This document shows positions 32,693-44,362 of a stretch of DNA of 64,000 nucleotides, piece by piece; the stretch's first letter is position 1, and the number at the start of each line of letters is the position of its first letter. The stretch spans positions 2,604,001-2,668,000 of the forward strand of contig JBHGNT010000006.1 of the NCBI GenBank assembly GCA_043228905.1, written 5' to 3'. The position numbers and the translations under genes were made by a program. This DNA comes from Azolla caroliniana. Its lineage: Eukaryota; Plantae; Polypodiophyta. Under the pieces are notes generated by a model. The model was not told where the DNA came from. It worked only from the letters and a program-made list of their open reading frames with translations, and made no database searches.

Positions 32693-34600
32693 TTATTTAA
32701 AGGATCCTCGACAAGAACAAAACTTTCCTTAAAGAGATGAATACAACCTTGAATTGGAAGAGTGATCTCTCGTTTCTCAAGCATCAATACAATCTTATTT
32801 GCATTATGGTGGCCATTGCATAACCTCATGTCCTTGTTCACACACGATGTCTCTCTTTGTTATGTATTCAAAAGCCCAAGAAAATTAATGTGTGCACATG
32901 AGCCCACATCTCCTCTAGATTGGATGAAGTTCTATGTGACTTTCCAAATCGGGTCAATACCCATCGGTTTTTGCCTGTGAATGACATGTCCCTTAAGGTC
33001 TTCATAAACTCATGGTGTTCTTCGTTATCTCCGATTACGAACTTATATACAATTTTATTGATCTCTATTAGTGGTTTTCCTTGCACCTAAGTGCTTGGGT
33101 TTATCCTGATATCATTGCAATAGTGGCTTGACCAAAATATACTACTGAGCATTGAGAATTTGCATGTATGTTTTGCACCCACTCAAAAGATCTAGTTGCC
33201 CATGTTCACTTGGATGGCATCATGAATCAATCTAAAGCTTCCACATTCTTATACAAATAGGCCTACTTTGCAAGAAGATCAATTATGCATGTATTTCTAT
33301 TCTTTAAACATCAATCCATTTCATGTCATATTTTTCTTCCATCAACTTGAAATACTTCCAATCTTTAGAAGTTATTGAGGACTTTTGAACCGACTGCTTA
33401 AGCAAACTTTCACATATATTTTGTGCTTTTATAATCTCAACACATTACCTATGGCATGAATATTGAAAATGCATTACGCAATCGATGATAAAATCATCTC
33501 AAAATGAACTAACTTCTTGCATTTGGATGAAACCTTCCAATGCTTCTAAAATGTACCCATTTTCAATATGCATTGTTGTCCATGCAACAACATCTTGAAC
33601 ATGAAGCTTATCGAGGACTTGATATGTTGCTTGATGGAATCCATTCTTGTCATATAACCAAACCACGATATCGGTAAGCAATACAAGATGGATTCAGATT
33701 CTTATAAATTGATTTCTCTATCTATTTCATGAACTTTCACCATTACACACCTGTAACATGCAACATTTCAAGAAGCAAGCAAGATGGTTACTAGTTAGGA
33801 AGATGGCACGCACCTCCATTAAATTTAGCAATGCATCATAAAGACGTCCATGTTTTACATACCCAGGCTATATGAATTCCACAATATGATGTCACAAGTA
33901 GGGAATTTATTGAAGACTTCTTGTGTTTCGATGAGTGGCCTTCGTTTTGAATCCATTTCAACTAGAGAGCGCCCAACATGGAGGTATTTTTCAAAGCCTT
34001 TATGTGTCCTCTCTTTTTTCTACCCCTCATTATGGAAGGATCCCAAATTTAGATGTGTAAATACATTTTCTAAGGTAGTTGCGTGAGGGCTTTTGATATA
34101 ATAATAAAAAATCACAGGCCCTTCTCTACATATCCTACAACACTAGAAGCTCTCACAATACATGTGAACTTGAGAGCATTGCCAACAACTAGACCCTTCT
34201 ATTCAAAAAAAAGTTATGCTTCCAAATAAGTCTCATGCTTAACGTAGCACGCCATGAGAGTTGTCCATTATGGAACACTTCTTTTGCTTTATAAAATAAT
34301 CCACATTTTAGCCTACATATCTATCAAAGCATTGGCTACATAAGAATCTTGTGCAACATCCAAATGAGTGTTTTGGTCTATCACAATATCTTTCATAGCA
34401 TAAATATTCGATGGAAGATGGAAGCATCTCTGATCAATATTTGAGACATGTAGCAACATGTAGATTAGGGACACACATTTATCTCAATTCATAATACTCA
34501 CATGATTGCATGCCCATCAATAATGTCTCTATAATCTAACAATGCACCTAAAGCATTTGGATTCCATGTGAAAGTTTGATGCATCATATAACACTAGCTC
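32693..34600 (-). pseudogene. Decayed PLS-class PPR gene with C-terminal DYW (KP-like) domain
   Basis: PPR remnants SYVANALIDM*AKCG (about 34350) and QVLDKLHVQDVVAWTT (33560-33620). GARK.P.LIEINKIVYKFVIGD (about 33090-33030). GLLNT...VNKDMRLCNGHHNANKIV..LEKREI...CIHLFK..CSCRG (32880-32700). Many frameshifts; the 5' boundary is approximate. Confidence 0.75.
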
Positions 34601-36544
34601 AAGTATTTTCTTCAAAGAATATGGTTTCTTTAAATTACCTCAAATAGGCTTATTTCATTCGTGTCATGGTCCTCCTCACATAATCATGACATATGCATTC
34701 AACATAGATCTACTTTAGTTTAGTCAATGTAATATTAGTTGATATAGTTTCACTTGCATCATAATGTAAACAACAACAACAATAATAGAAGGTAAGATTG
34801 TCTTATTTTGTCATGTTTTTCACAATTGAACAATCACACACATTGGTTCTACATTATATTTAAATAGACCATTCTTGTTTCGGATATTATTTTACAATAA
34901 AAATAGAATGAAAGTCACATCTCTACTAACTTTCAACCAATGCAATAAATAGACGGGTTGTGCGTATTGAAAGAAGAGTTCCAAAACAAACGAATAAGGT
35001 CCCTCATGCTAATTTTGAAAACTTGACAATAAAATATTGAATATTGGAGACCCTTGTCCAAGGGAAGGGGAATCAACTTTGAAATAGACCCTTACTAAGC
35101 TTTAATGTGAGTAGGTCAATCAATAAAGCTACCTTGCAGGATGAATGACCCATAATTCTTTCTTGACCCAAACATGATCAATGAAACTAGTATGTTGTTC
35201 TCCATACATTATATGCCATCTTATTTGAGGTGTCCATTAAGAATATTATGTGTTACAAACACATTCGATTACAAAATGAACCCATCATAACCTTGTGTTA
35301 GGTGAACATTTTTGCATCTTATTTTAGTTAGGCACATCACTATTACCGAAGGCTAGCATCTTTTAAGTGTGCCTAAACAACTTCATCTTTAACAATGTGA
35401 CCTTCTCCAAGTTATCCATTGGTTGCATGTTTACTTCTCCATTATCAATCTTGAAATCTATTTTCTCCTTCATTCTCCAACATGGGATCCATGAACACTA
35501 TCAAATGATATATTTCTATTTTTCTATCAAATATTCACTAGATTGTTGACATTCACTAACTATATGGCTTCCACATTATATGTCATTTTTGTCCTTATGC
35601 ATGATTAAACATATTGGTCATTCTTGTAATAATAGTTCATATGAATGTAGATTGTGATGCATGCCCAAGTGTATGTATGGAATATCACACTATGTTCTAC
35701 GACATTATTGTTTTATTAATGATGACTTAAACTCTTCTTTGGAAATGTATTGATGGTTTAACCTCTTGGAACTCATCAAAGGGATGGAGGATTGAGCCCA
35801 ACAAATAACCTTGTAATTATCTACAAGAACTACACTATGAATACATAAAAAGAAAGACTAAAGAGGACCGACCCATTAGCCAAGCATGACAATCCAACCA
35901 TTTTTAGTTTTCTTGAAGAATGGCATTACTATATAACAAGGCTTTTGTGAGCTTCATAATCTGATAACCACCAAGTCATAATTTTTGTTATCATCAAAAT
36001 GAATGAGCTGGAGACTTTTCAGTAAACAAAATAGAAAATGTCAATTTATAAATTTCCGTAAGGGTTTGTAAGACTGTTTTGTGAAATTATTGACAAGAAA
36101 CAAAGTGAAAAACATAATTAAATGTTGGTGCAATAAAGCTCATGGTATAAAATATTTGTTGAGCTCTAGGGGTGTGCATCCTACTAGAATAACTACATAT
36201 GTTGAAGCCCTCTATACATCTGTTTTGTTTAATCTCGGACGGGTGAGCTTTCCTATGTTCCTTTGTCGAAGTTTCCTTTTCCAAAAAAGGTAAAAACAAA
36301 CTAAGGGCAAAAAAGAAAAAAAAATCTCTCCCCAAACAAACCATTTAGTCCAAAAAAAGCTCCGTAAAATTTGAGTAAGAGAAAAACAACTTGCCAATCA
36401 AGCTCACTAAATAAACTATTATTTCTACCTCTACCACGTTGACAATATTGTTCAACCTTGCTACATGAACTCAAATTTCCTTCGTATTGAAAGCTCATTT
36501 GACATGTAACAAATGTGCATTTAAATAATTCATTACATCGTATA

Positions 36545-36700
36545 TAGTAACAAATGGGCATTTTCGATCATAGTTTATGTGAATAAGTGTTAAATTTGAT
36601 AAAAAAACAATTATTTTACATTTAGTAACAAATGGGCATTATCGATCATAGTTTATGTGAATAAGTGCTAAATTTGATAAAAAACAATTATGTTACATTT
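36545..36700. repeat. 78-bp direct tandem duplication
   Basis: TAGTAACAAATGGGCATT...CAATTATTTTACATT occurs twice with few mismatches. Confidence 0.85.
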
Positions 36701-38547
36701 ACAAGGTTCTCTTGTCTCGCGGTTATGGATTGTTTGTCATAATGAGCATATGCTATCCAATGAGTATGTGCAATCAAACAATTTTACCTTTAGGCCAACA
36801 AGTATAGTAATAATTTTTTGTTGTGTTTTCGCTACTTCTTGAGGCATTTAACCTTCGGTGAGCAAACCCCTCGTATTTGAAGTATGAGAAACAATGAGTG
36901 TAATCCAAAACACAAATGTGTTCTGAATGTAGGTTTAGTCCATATCATATTGCTAGAGCATTATGAAAATGTGCTTGTAAATCTTGGATTTTAAAAAGCA
37001 TGCTACATATTTCTCAAGATTGCACCTCTATAGACTATACTTGTCAATCAAGTATCGAGATTAGACTTTGCATGTGCAATAGCACGTGCTTAACAATTTC
37101 TAATCAATATATGATTAGCTCTTCTAGTAGACAGAGAGATACATGGGAGATCGATCGTGATCTATGAGACGGAGCCTAACCCATGGCAAGGATCAAAGTT
37201 GGATTGGCTAGTTGAAAAGGCTTGTTTCGGTTAACATTTCCTTTCATGATTCTCTTGTAATAACATATTTGTGCCAAAACCAACACAAATCATGGATTTC
37301 CAATTGTCGATAAAAACTCACACATGTAAGATGCCCACATGGCTAGTTGAATGAGCTCTACCTATTCATCACATGTGTGAAGGCTCAGTCACGCATTCCC
37401 ATTAATACTTTCTCTGCCAAAACAAACATTAAGTAGTGGGCTCCCGTTTCTTGGGTAAGAAGTTGTTGTGATCTATTTCCAATGCTTTAGCGCAATATCG
37501 CTTGACTCAGGATCTATGGCGAATGGAGCTACCAGAACTAATGATCTCTATATGTCGCACGAATATGCATATATGCATCCACGACACATTTCTTGCTACA
37601 AATAACTTTTGTGTAGCATCAATGTGGAGTTCGGTCCACCCCTAAAGTGCATCATGCATGTGATGTCCGACACATAGTGACCAATGCCTATGTGCCACAT
37701 TAAGAAGTTGTCGAATGAGACATGTTTGTCGTGATGAGGCCACGACATCAATTGCCGGATTTCCTAAAGCTTGCCTTTGATACATATGTATCATAGCCAT
37801 GGCCTACGAATTGTTTTATGCCACATCGGCATGGATTTCCTGACACCAAACTTTGATCTCAATGTACCAGACAGACAGACATATGTACATGGACATGGAC
37901 ATCAATGTACCAGACAGACAGACAGACAGACATATGTACATGGACGTGGACATGGACACGGACATCTCTCTTCATGATTATGGTCGCAGGATGAAGCAGG
38001 ATTTTCTTCTATCTTCTGTCTCTGCCTATTGTGAACTGGCAGCTTTGACGTCAGGTATGCTCCTGTTCTCCTCAAATTTTATCATTGGAGCATAAAATAA
38101 GTTTAGTGGTTTACCGCTAGACTTCTAAGGTATGATAAGTAGTGGAGGATATGCGATGTGTTTTAACGTTTAAGGATTAGGGTTTAGAGGAAATCTTGCA
38201 GATGGGTATATTGTTTAGCGTTTAAGATCACAGTTTAGAATTTGAAAGAAAATGTGTTGTAGCTGATGGTTTTAGGATTGAGGGACTATGGTTTAATGGC
38301 ATTCTTGTTTTTACTGATGGTTTTAGCGTTCAGGAATAGGCATTTTTGAGTTTAGAATTTGTTGGAAATTTTGCACTTTTTATTGGGTTTAGTGTTTGAT
38401 GCAAAAGTTTGACATGTGGTATAAATCAACCCAAATCAAGTTCTCTTTTTTTCCCTAATTTTGCCACTTCAACCTACTTATATGTTGTGTTTCCTTTTAT
38501 GTTTCCTGTTCTTTGCACGAGCTTGAGATCATAATGAGTACTACTGT

Positions 38548-41370
38548 ATGATGAGTGTCAATGTATATTACCATGTGGACCGAGCATGCAAGCTTGGTCC
38601 ATATTCACGTACATACTTACATTTTGCCATGCGAGATGTCACAAACCGATATTATAGAACATCATGGTCTGCTTGCATTCGTGAAAGGAAAATTAGTTCG
38701 GGGAAAAGTTTATCTTGTGAAGCCATAGTGGTTGAAGATGAGGACACAATAAACTTGAATATAATTTCTTCGAATTCTCAACAAAAGCTTGATTTAAAAT
38801 GTCTTAAAGGGGATATATCAGATTCATTGAAATATGGTTCTTCGGATGAACCATTGGGCATTTGCACATCTGAGGATATTGATGAGCATAATGTTCGCTC
38901 AGAGACCATTGCACATTTGCAGATTTGTGTGAATACTTTGAATTTGATGCAAGGTAAGGTACATCATGCAATGATTATTGAATATGGGATTGAGAATGAA
39001 GTAGAGAGTCTTCTTGTACAAATGTATGCAAAATGTAGAGCAATGGATGATGTTTTGATGCTTTTTGACACTATGCATGAGCAAAGTACAGTTTTATGGA
39101 ATTTAATAATCACCATTCATCTGCGAGAAGGAAAGTTGGAGGCATCCCTTTTATTTTATGATAAGATGCAACAGATGAGTGTGATGGCAACCAAAGTGAC
39201 TTACATTTGCATGCTTTCTGCATGTACAAGCAAAAAAGATTTAGTTTCAGGCATGCTGATGCATGCTCGCATTGTAGCATGTCGATTCATTACGGATGTT
39301 GTAGTGACTACTTCTCTGGTTAATATGTATGGGAGTTGTGGTCACTTGGACCATGCATATAGAGTGTTCGATAATGCAGAAGAGTGTGATGTTATTTCAT
39401 GGAATGCTATGATTGGAGTGTATCGACTGCATGGCTTGAATGAAGAAGCACTGCTGTTATTTAACCGAATGCAAGTTGAAGGGATTTTTCCTAACAAAGT
39501 AACCTTCATAAGCATTCTGGATGTATGCTCCCAACGGAAATCTCTCGGTGAGGGCAAGAATATCCAGCTGGGCATGATGGGTTTTGAGCTTAGGAGTGAT
39601 GTTTCTTTGTGTACTGCGGTCATTAACATGTATGGGAAATGTGGTTATTTGGATGAGGCAAATTTTTTGTTTGATAATTTTGAAGAAAAAGATATTGTTT
39701 TATGGAACTCTATGCTTGCATTATATTCTCAACGTGATGAATTCAAACATGTTTTTCAGCTCCTTGAACAGATGATGTGTGAGGGGTTTATGCCAACAAA
39801 AATCACTTACGTTAGTGTTTTTAATGCATGTGCAAACAAAGAAGCTCTTTGTAGAGGTAAATGGGTGCATGCAATTATTGTAAATAGCTCATTTGGAACT
39901 GACCTTGAAGTTGGGAATGCTATTCTGAACTTCTACAGCAAGCATCAGAGCCTGTTGAATGCAAAATGCATGTTTGAAAGAATGACTGAAAGAAATGTCA
40001 TCACCTGGAGCGGAATGATTGCTGCGTATGCCCAATGTGGTCAAAGTAAGGAAGCAGTACAAGTTTTTATTAAGATGCTACAAGAAAGAGTAATGCCTAA
40101 TGAAATAACTCTTATTACTATTCTTCAGGCATTCGACAACAAGTCAATGCTTGTTGATATTAGAAAGACACATTATTATGCCATGCTGGAGGGATTTAAC
40201 AAAGGTGTTACATTGGGCACAGCCCTTATCAACATGTATAGCAAATATGGAAACATAAAAGAGGCTCGTAGCGTCTTTGATGAGATTCCAAAATGTGATA
40301 TACTTTGTTGGACTGCTATTATTTCTTCATATATACAACATAGACAAGAAAGAGAGGCACTTTTGCTCTTTAATCTAATGAAGAAAGGCGGGATACTGCC
40401 TGACAAGGTTGCAATTGTCAATATCCTTTCTGCTTGTTCTTCTCTTATGGCTTTTTCAGAGTGTGAAGAGATGTTTGCTTGTATTCAACAATGTCAGTTA
40501 GAGCTAGATGAGGTCGTGGGTAGTGCTGTTCTAAGTATATATGGGCGTTTTGGAAAGTTGAAGCTCTGCATGGGCTTGTTTGAAAAACTGCCTAAGAAGT
40601 ATGTGAGCACTTGGAATTCTATGATTGTGGCATATGTTCAAAACGGGCAATTTAAGGATGCTTTGGATCTCTTTGAGAAAATGAATGATGCTGGAGTTAT
40701 CCCTGACAAAGACAGTTTTGTAAGCACACTTGCAGCATGTGCAAGTGAAGCATCTCTAATAGAGGGCAAGAAGGTGCATGATATCATAAGAAAATGTGGG
40801 TTTATCTTGAATGATGTGATGACGTGTGCTTTGATTAGCATGTATGGTAAGTGTGGATGTTTGGGCTTTGCAGAAAGTGTATTTGGCAACATTGAAAAGC
40901 ATGATGTGCTCTCATGGAATGCGATGATTGGAGTGTATGCTCAGCATGGAGAAAGCTTTAAGGCAATCCAACTTGTAGAACAAATGCAACAGAAGGGGAT
41001 AATGCCAGATACAATAACTATGGTTAGCGTTCTTAATGCAATGAGCCATACAGGTCTCCTTCATGAGGCTTTTCATTGCATTTTATTAATGGAGAACTCT
41101 TACAATATCATTCCTAGTTCAGATCATTATGTATGCATAATGGATTTGATAAGAAGAGCAGGAAGAATCAATGAAGTGGGGTGCTTTATAAGGTGTATGC
41201 CATTTCAACCCAAGACGGTTTCTTATATGTCATTTTTGGGAGCTTGTCAATGTTCAATTTTTTTAGAACATGGAGAATTTGCTGCAAAACACATGTCTGA
41301 ATTGGATCCAAAAAATGCTGGCCCATATGTCAGCCTTTCAAACATTTATGCTACTATATTTGAAGAATAA
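38548..41370 (+). CDS. PLS-class pentatricopeptide repeat protein with E domain (no DYW), 940 aa, intronless CDS
   Basis: Seven repeated S-P-L units (MYAKCR, MYGSCG, MYGKCG, FYSKHQ, MYSKYG, IYGRFG, MYGKCG; DVISWNAMI), then HYVCIMDLIRRAG...MPFQP...ELDPKNAGPYVSLSNIYA and stop. The N-terminal extension could be an organellar targeting peptide. Confidence 0.93.
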   Translation: MMSVNVYYHVDRACKLGPYSRTYLHFAMRDVTNRYYRTSWSACIRERKISSGKSLSCEAIVVEDEDTINLNIISSNSQQKLDLKCLKGDISDSLKYGSSDEPLGICTSEDIDEHNVRSETIAHLQICVNTLNLMQGKVHHAMIIEYGIENEVESLLVQMYAKCRAMDDVLMLFDTMHEQSTVLWNLIITIHLREGKLEASLLFYDKMQQMSVMATKVTYICMLSACTSKKDLVSGMLMHARIVACRFITDVVVTTSLVNMYGSCGHLDHAYRVFDNAEECDVISWNAMIGVYRLHGLNEEALLLFNRMQVEGIFPNKVTFISILDVCSQRKSLGEGKNIQLGMMGFELRSDVSLCTAVINMYGKCGYLDEANFLFDNFEEKDIVLWNSMLALYSQRDEFKHVFQLLEQMMCEGFMPTKITYVSVFNACANKEALCRGKWVHAIIVNSSFGTDLEVGNAILNFYSKHQSLLNAKCMFERMTERNVITWSGMIAAYAQCGQSKEAVQVFIKMLQERVMPNEITLITILQAFDNKSMLVDIRKTHYYAMLEGFNKGVTLGTALINMYSKYGNIKEARSVFDEIPKCDILCWTAIISSYIQHRQEREALLLFNLMKKGGILPDKVAIVNILSACSSLMAFSECEEMFACIQQCQLELDEVVGSAVLSIYGRFGKLKLCMGLFEKLPKKYVSTWNSMIVAYVQNGQFKDALDLFEKMNDAGVIPDKDSFVSTLAACASEASLIEGKKVHDIIRKCGFILNDVMTCALISMYGKCGCLGFAESVFGNIEKHDVLSWNAMIGVYAQHGESFKAIQLVEQMQQKGIMPDTITMVSVLNAMSHTGLLHEAFHCILLMENSYNIIPSSDHYVCIMDLIRRAGRINEVGCFIRCMPFQPKTVSYMSFLGACQCSIFLEHGEFAAKHMSELDPKNAGPYVSLSNIYATIFEE

Positions 41371-41409
41371 CATGTTGAACTTCAATGCTACTCTCTCAGT
41401 ATCTATCAC

Positions 41410-41872
41410 TGTCATTTGAACCACTGAGTTGTATGTTCTCTTGTTGGACATAGAACATTCTCCAGAGTTAACGAGGTATAGAATAACATCCTGAATAAGT
41501 GGTGTGATGTTGTCATAGCAGCAAATGGTTGGTTATGAAAAAGGGCAGACATTGATGATGGTAAAAGTCTAGGAAATGTTTCCAGGCAGACAAAATCCTA
41601 AATTTGCTCCGAGTGAGATTTTCCCAACCAGCGTTTTTCTAGCATCTGCACAGGTTCAATATCCATCATTGCAACTTGAACTACTCATTTGAGCATTATC
41701 TTGTTGGACATAGGAAGTTGATTCAGCATTAATGGCGTCGAGAAGAAAATCCAGGAAAACGGGTGTCATGTTGTCATGGTGGCAATGAATGGTTGCAAAA
41801 ATGTAAGGGTAGACGCTGATGAGGATTAAAGGCAAGAAGGAAATGTTTCAAGGCCGGATCCTAAATCTGCGT
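41410..41872. repeat. Diverged ~200-bp direct duplication downstream of the PPR stop
   Basis: Shared blocks TCTTGTTGGACATAG, ATGTTGTCAT, GGAAATGTTTC and ATCCTAAAT at about 41440-41605 and about 41698-41868. Confidence 0.6.
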
Positions 41873-42531
41873 AACCATTGTGGAAAAAATTCATTCGAAA
41901 ATCTTGTTTGGGTAGATTTGACATGGGCTAACCCAATGAGAGGCGGATCCACTGTGGGTCGTAAGGTCAGGATAAATACCAAGAAATCTCTGAAGAGGGT
42001 TCTTGCACCTTGCTAGATGTGATGAAAGAAAATTAGTAGAGCATATGTGGCACAACCGAAAGTTGAATCCATGGTAGCACTGGTTTATACATTTCTAATG
42101 GTAGCCATTCTAGGTATAAATGATAAAAGATACTTGGGTAATGCAAGAACAGATAGTACTAAAAGAAAGAAGTAAGATAAGATACGCTACGAGCCAATCC
42201 TATTCTCTCCCACAAGATGCATTGGATTGTGTAGCCCCAGGAGAACCACCAACTCCAGTTATTGTCCATGTATGCAGGAGGTAGAAACTCATCAATGAAA
42301 GAGCTTGTTGTACCAGAAAAAAAGCAAAATACAAAATACTTCCATTAATGCCTTTGTTTGAACTACCCCCATGACTCAAACTATCTAGAGCATTTTTCTA
42401 ACATTATCCACCACTTTTGAATGTTACTCTTATTTTTCTATTAGTGGTGTTTTTTATGTTAAGCAAGCATTAGTTGTTCTGAATGCTTCTTTGCCTATCA
42501 CCTTAAATTTAGAAAGGGGAATACACGGTAA

Positions 42532-42783
42532 AACTCCACTGTTAATTTTGATTTCTCATATCCTCAGATATTATGACGATTCAGGTCATGAATCTCGTCC
42601 TCATACATTCGCCATAATGCTTTATGTACAAGGAATTCAAATGTGCCCACCTTTTTCACCAAGGATCAAACTCCACTGATATCCTCAGATATTACGAAGA
42701 TTGGTGTCATGAATCTCATCCTCGTATATTAGCCAAAAAGTTTTACTATAGAAGGATTGAAAATGTGCCCACATTTTTCACCA
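42532..42783. repeat. Diverged ~120-bp tandem duplication
   Basis: AACTCCACTG...ATATCCTCAGATATTA...GTCATGAATCTC...AAATGTGCCCAC.TTTTTCACCA occurs twice. Confidence 0.7.
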
Positions 42784-44362
42784 TTTTCCACCAAGTTGAA
42801 TAGAGTGATAGTTTGTACGAATACTGAAAGCACAATCAAAATTGCCTCTTATATTAGTGTCAATTTTATAGGGAGAATTTCTTGAGTAGCCCAAACTTCG
42901 GGATGCATCATGGTTCATGCTGTATATTTTTGAGAATTTTAGAACATAAAACAATCATTCACATGGCCATTAAAAAAAATTATGTGCGAATGTGATACCT
43001 TCATATTGCTTTATAGCATAATTTCATGCATGCATATTAACACCTTCGAGATGCACACGGAAACAAGCTGCAATTATTCTTGTGACTCCCAATTTCAGCT
43101 AGAATTGTTAATTGTACAAGCTTGGAATTCATGCCGCTGCCTGCAAAAGATGGGGTACTCTCTTACTAGAACACCACAAACAGCCATACTAGTGATTGAA
43201 CTCAAATAACTATGAAGCAATCAAAATTCATATTCAGTTTCATGTAAATAATCCATTCAGTTTCTTATAAGGATATGAATGGCATTTCCAAATAAATGAA
43301 CCAAATATTGATGTGTAAATGAAACTACTCCGACAAGAAACAAAATATTCTATGTTACAGATCCTCACTACCAGAATGCATCATACGTATAAGTGGAATT
43401 TCCATTACATAGACATCTCTTGAATTTGTTCATAGACTACTGCTAAGATGCAGGTTTACCCACTGCACATTAAGTCGCTCCCATTCCATCAACATGATAT
43501 AGGTTACATTGATTGCCTAATATCAAATTTTAGAGAATCCAAAGCTTTGGCATCTGACAAGGGAATTCAGCCTAATTGCAAATATGCTCACTAAAACCTG
43601 AATGTAGTCAAGATTACACTGAAAATTATTCACAGAATTAATATCACAATTGCTGCCACCACATTTCATGCTCGCAGAGAATGTCACAAGAATCAGACAA
43701 GAGCTGAAATAACATATTAGCACCAATTCACCCGACTATCAAATTATAGTATCTCAAAAGTAGATCTCCATTTATTTGTCTGAAAGTTGGATGAATTTGA
43801 CAAGATTTTATAGATGGGGTAAATTTGTCATTTCACCTGTGCATCACATCTAGGCAAAAAAAAATACATATCTAATCACATTTCAATTGACTTATATACA
43901 ATCTTATATAGACTTATACAAGGATACCTTAGGATGGAAATTTCAATTGATATTATACATATGGTTAAAATCAATCACAGCCATAATATATTTATACCCA
44001 ACCACCATGCAAAGGTAATACATTTAATTTTCAGCAGACATCTCAAACCATACAATTAGGGTTTCAAAATATCCCAGTACACTTTTGAATGAGGAGAAGC
44101 TTTGTTCAGCTTAAAGGCGTAGCACTGAGAATAGTGCATTCTTGTGATATTCACTCTTCAGCATATGAAGGGAGAGGTAACACAGAGTTTCAGCTGAATC
44201 ATATACATATATTATATCGTATATTATATATGTATATATATATATATCAATGAAAGAAAGAAATCCTCAACCGATTGCCATTTGGCACACTAACGTTATG
44301 AATCTTATCACAAACCCTGAAATACACAATAACGACTATAGATTGATAGAATAGACTCAGTT

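Noticed and set aside
37500-37970. Cluster of TGTCG/CGACA-rich imperfect palindromes and short tandem repeats (MITE or miRNA hairpin?)
   Set aside because: No continuous long stem, TIR pair or TSD could be defined.
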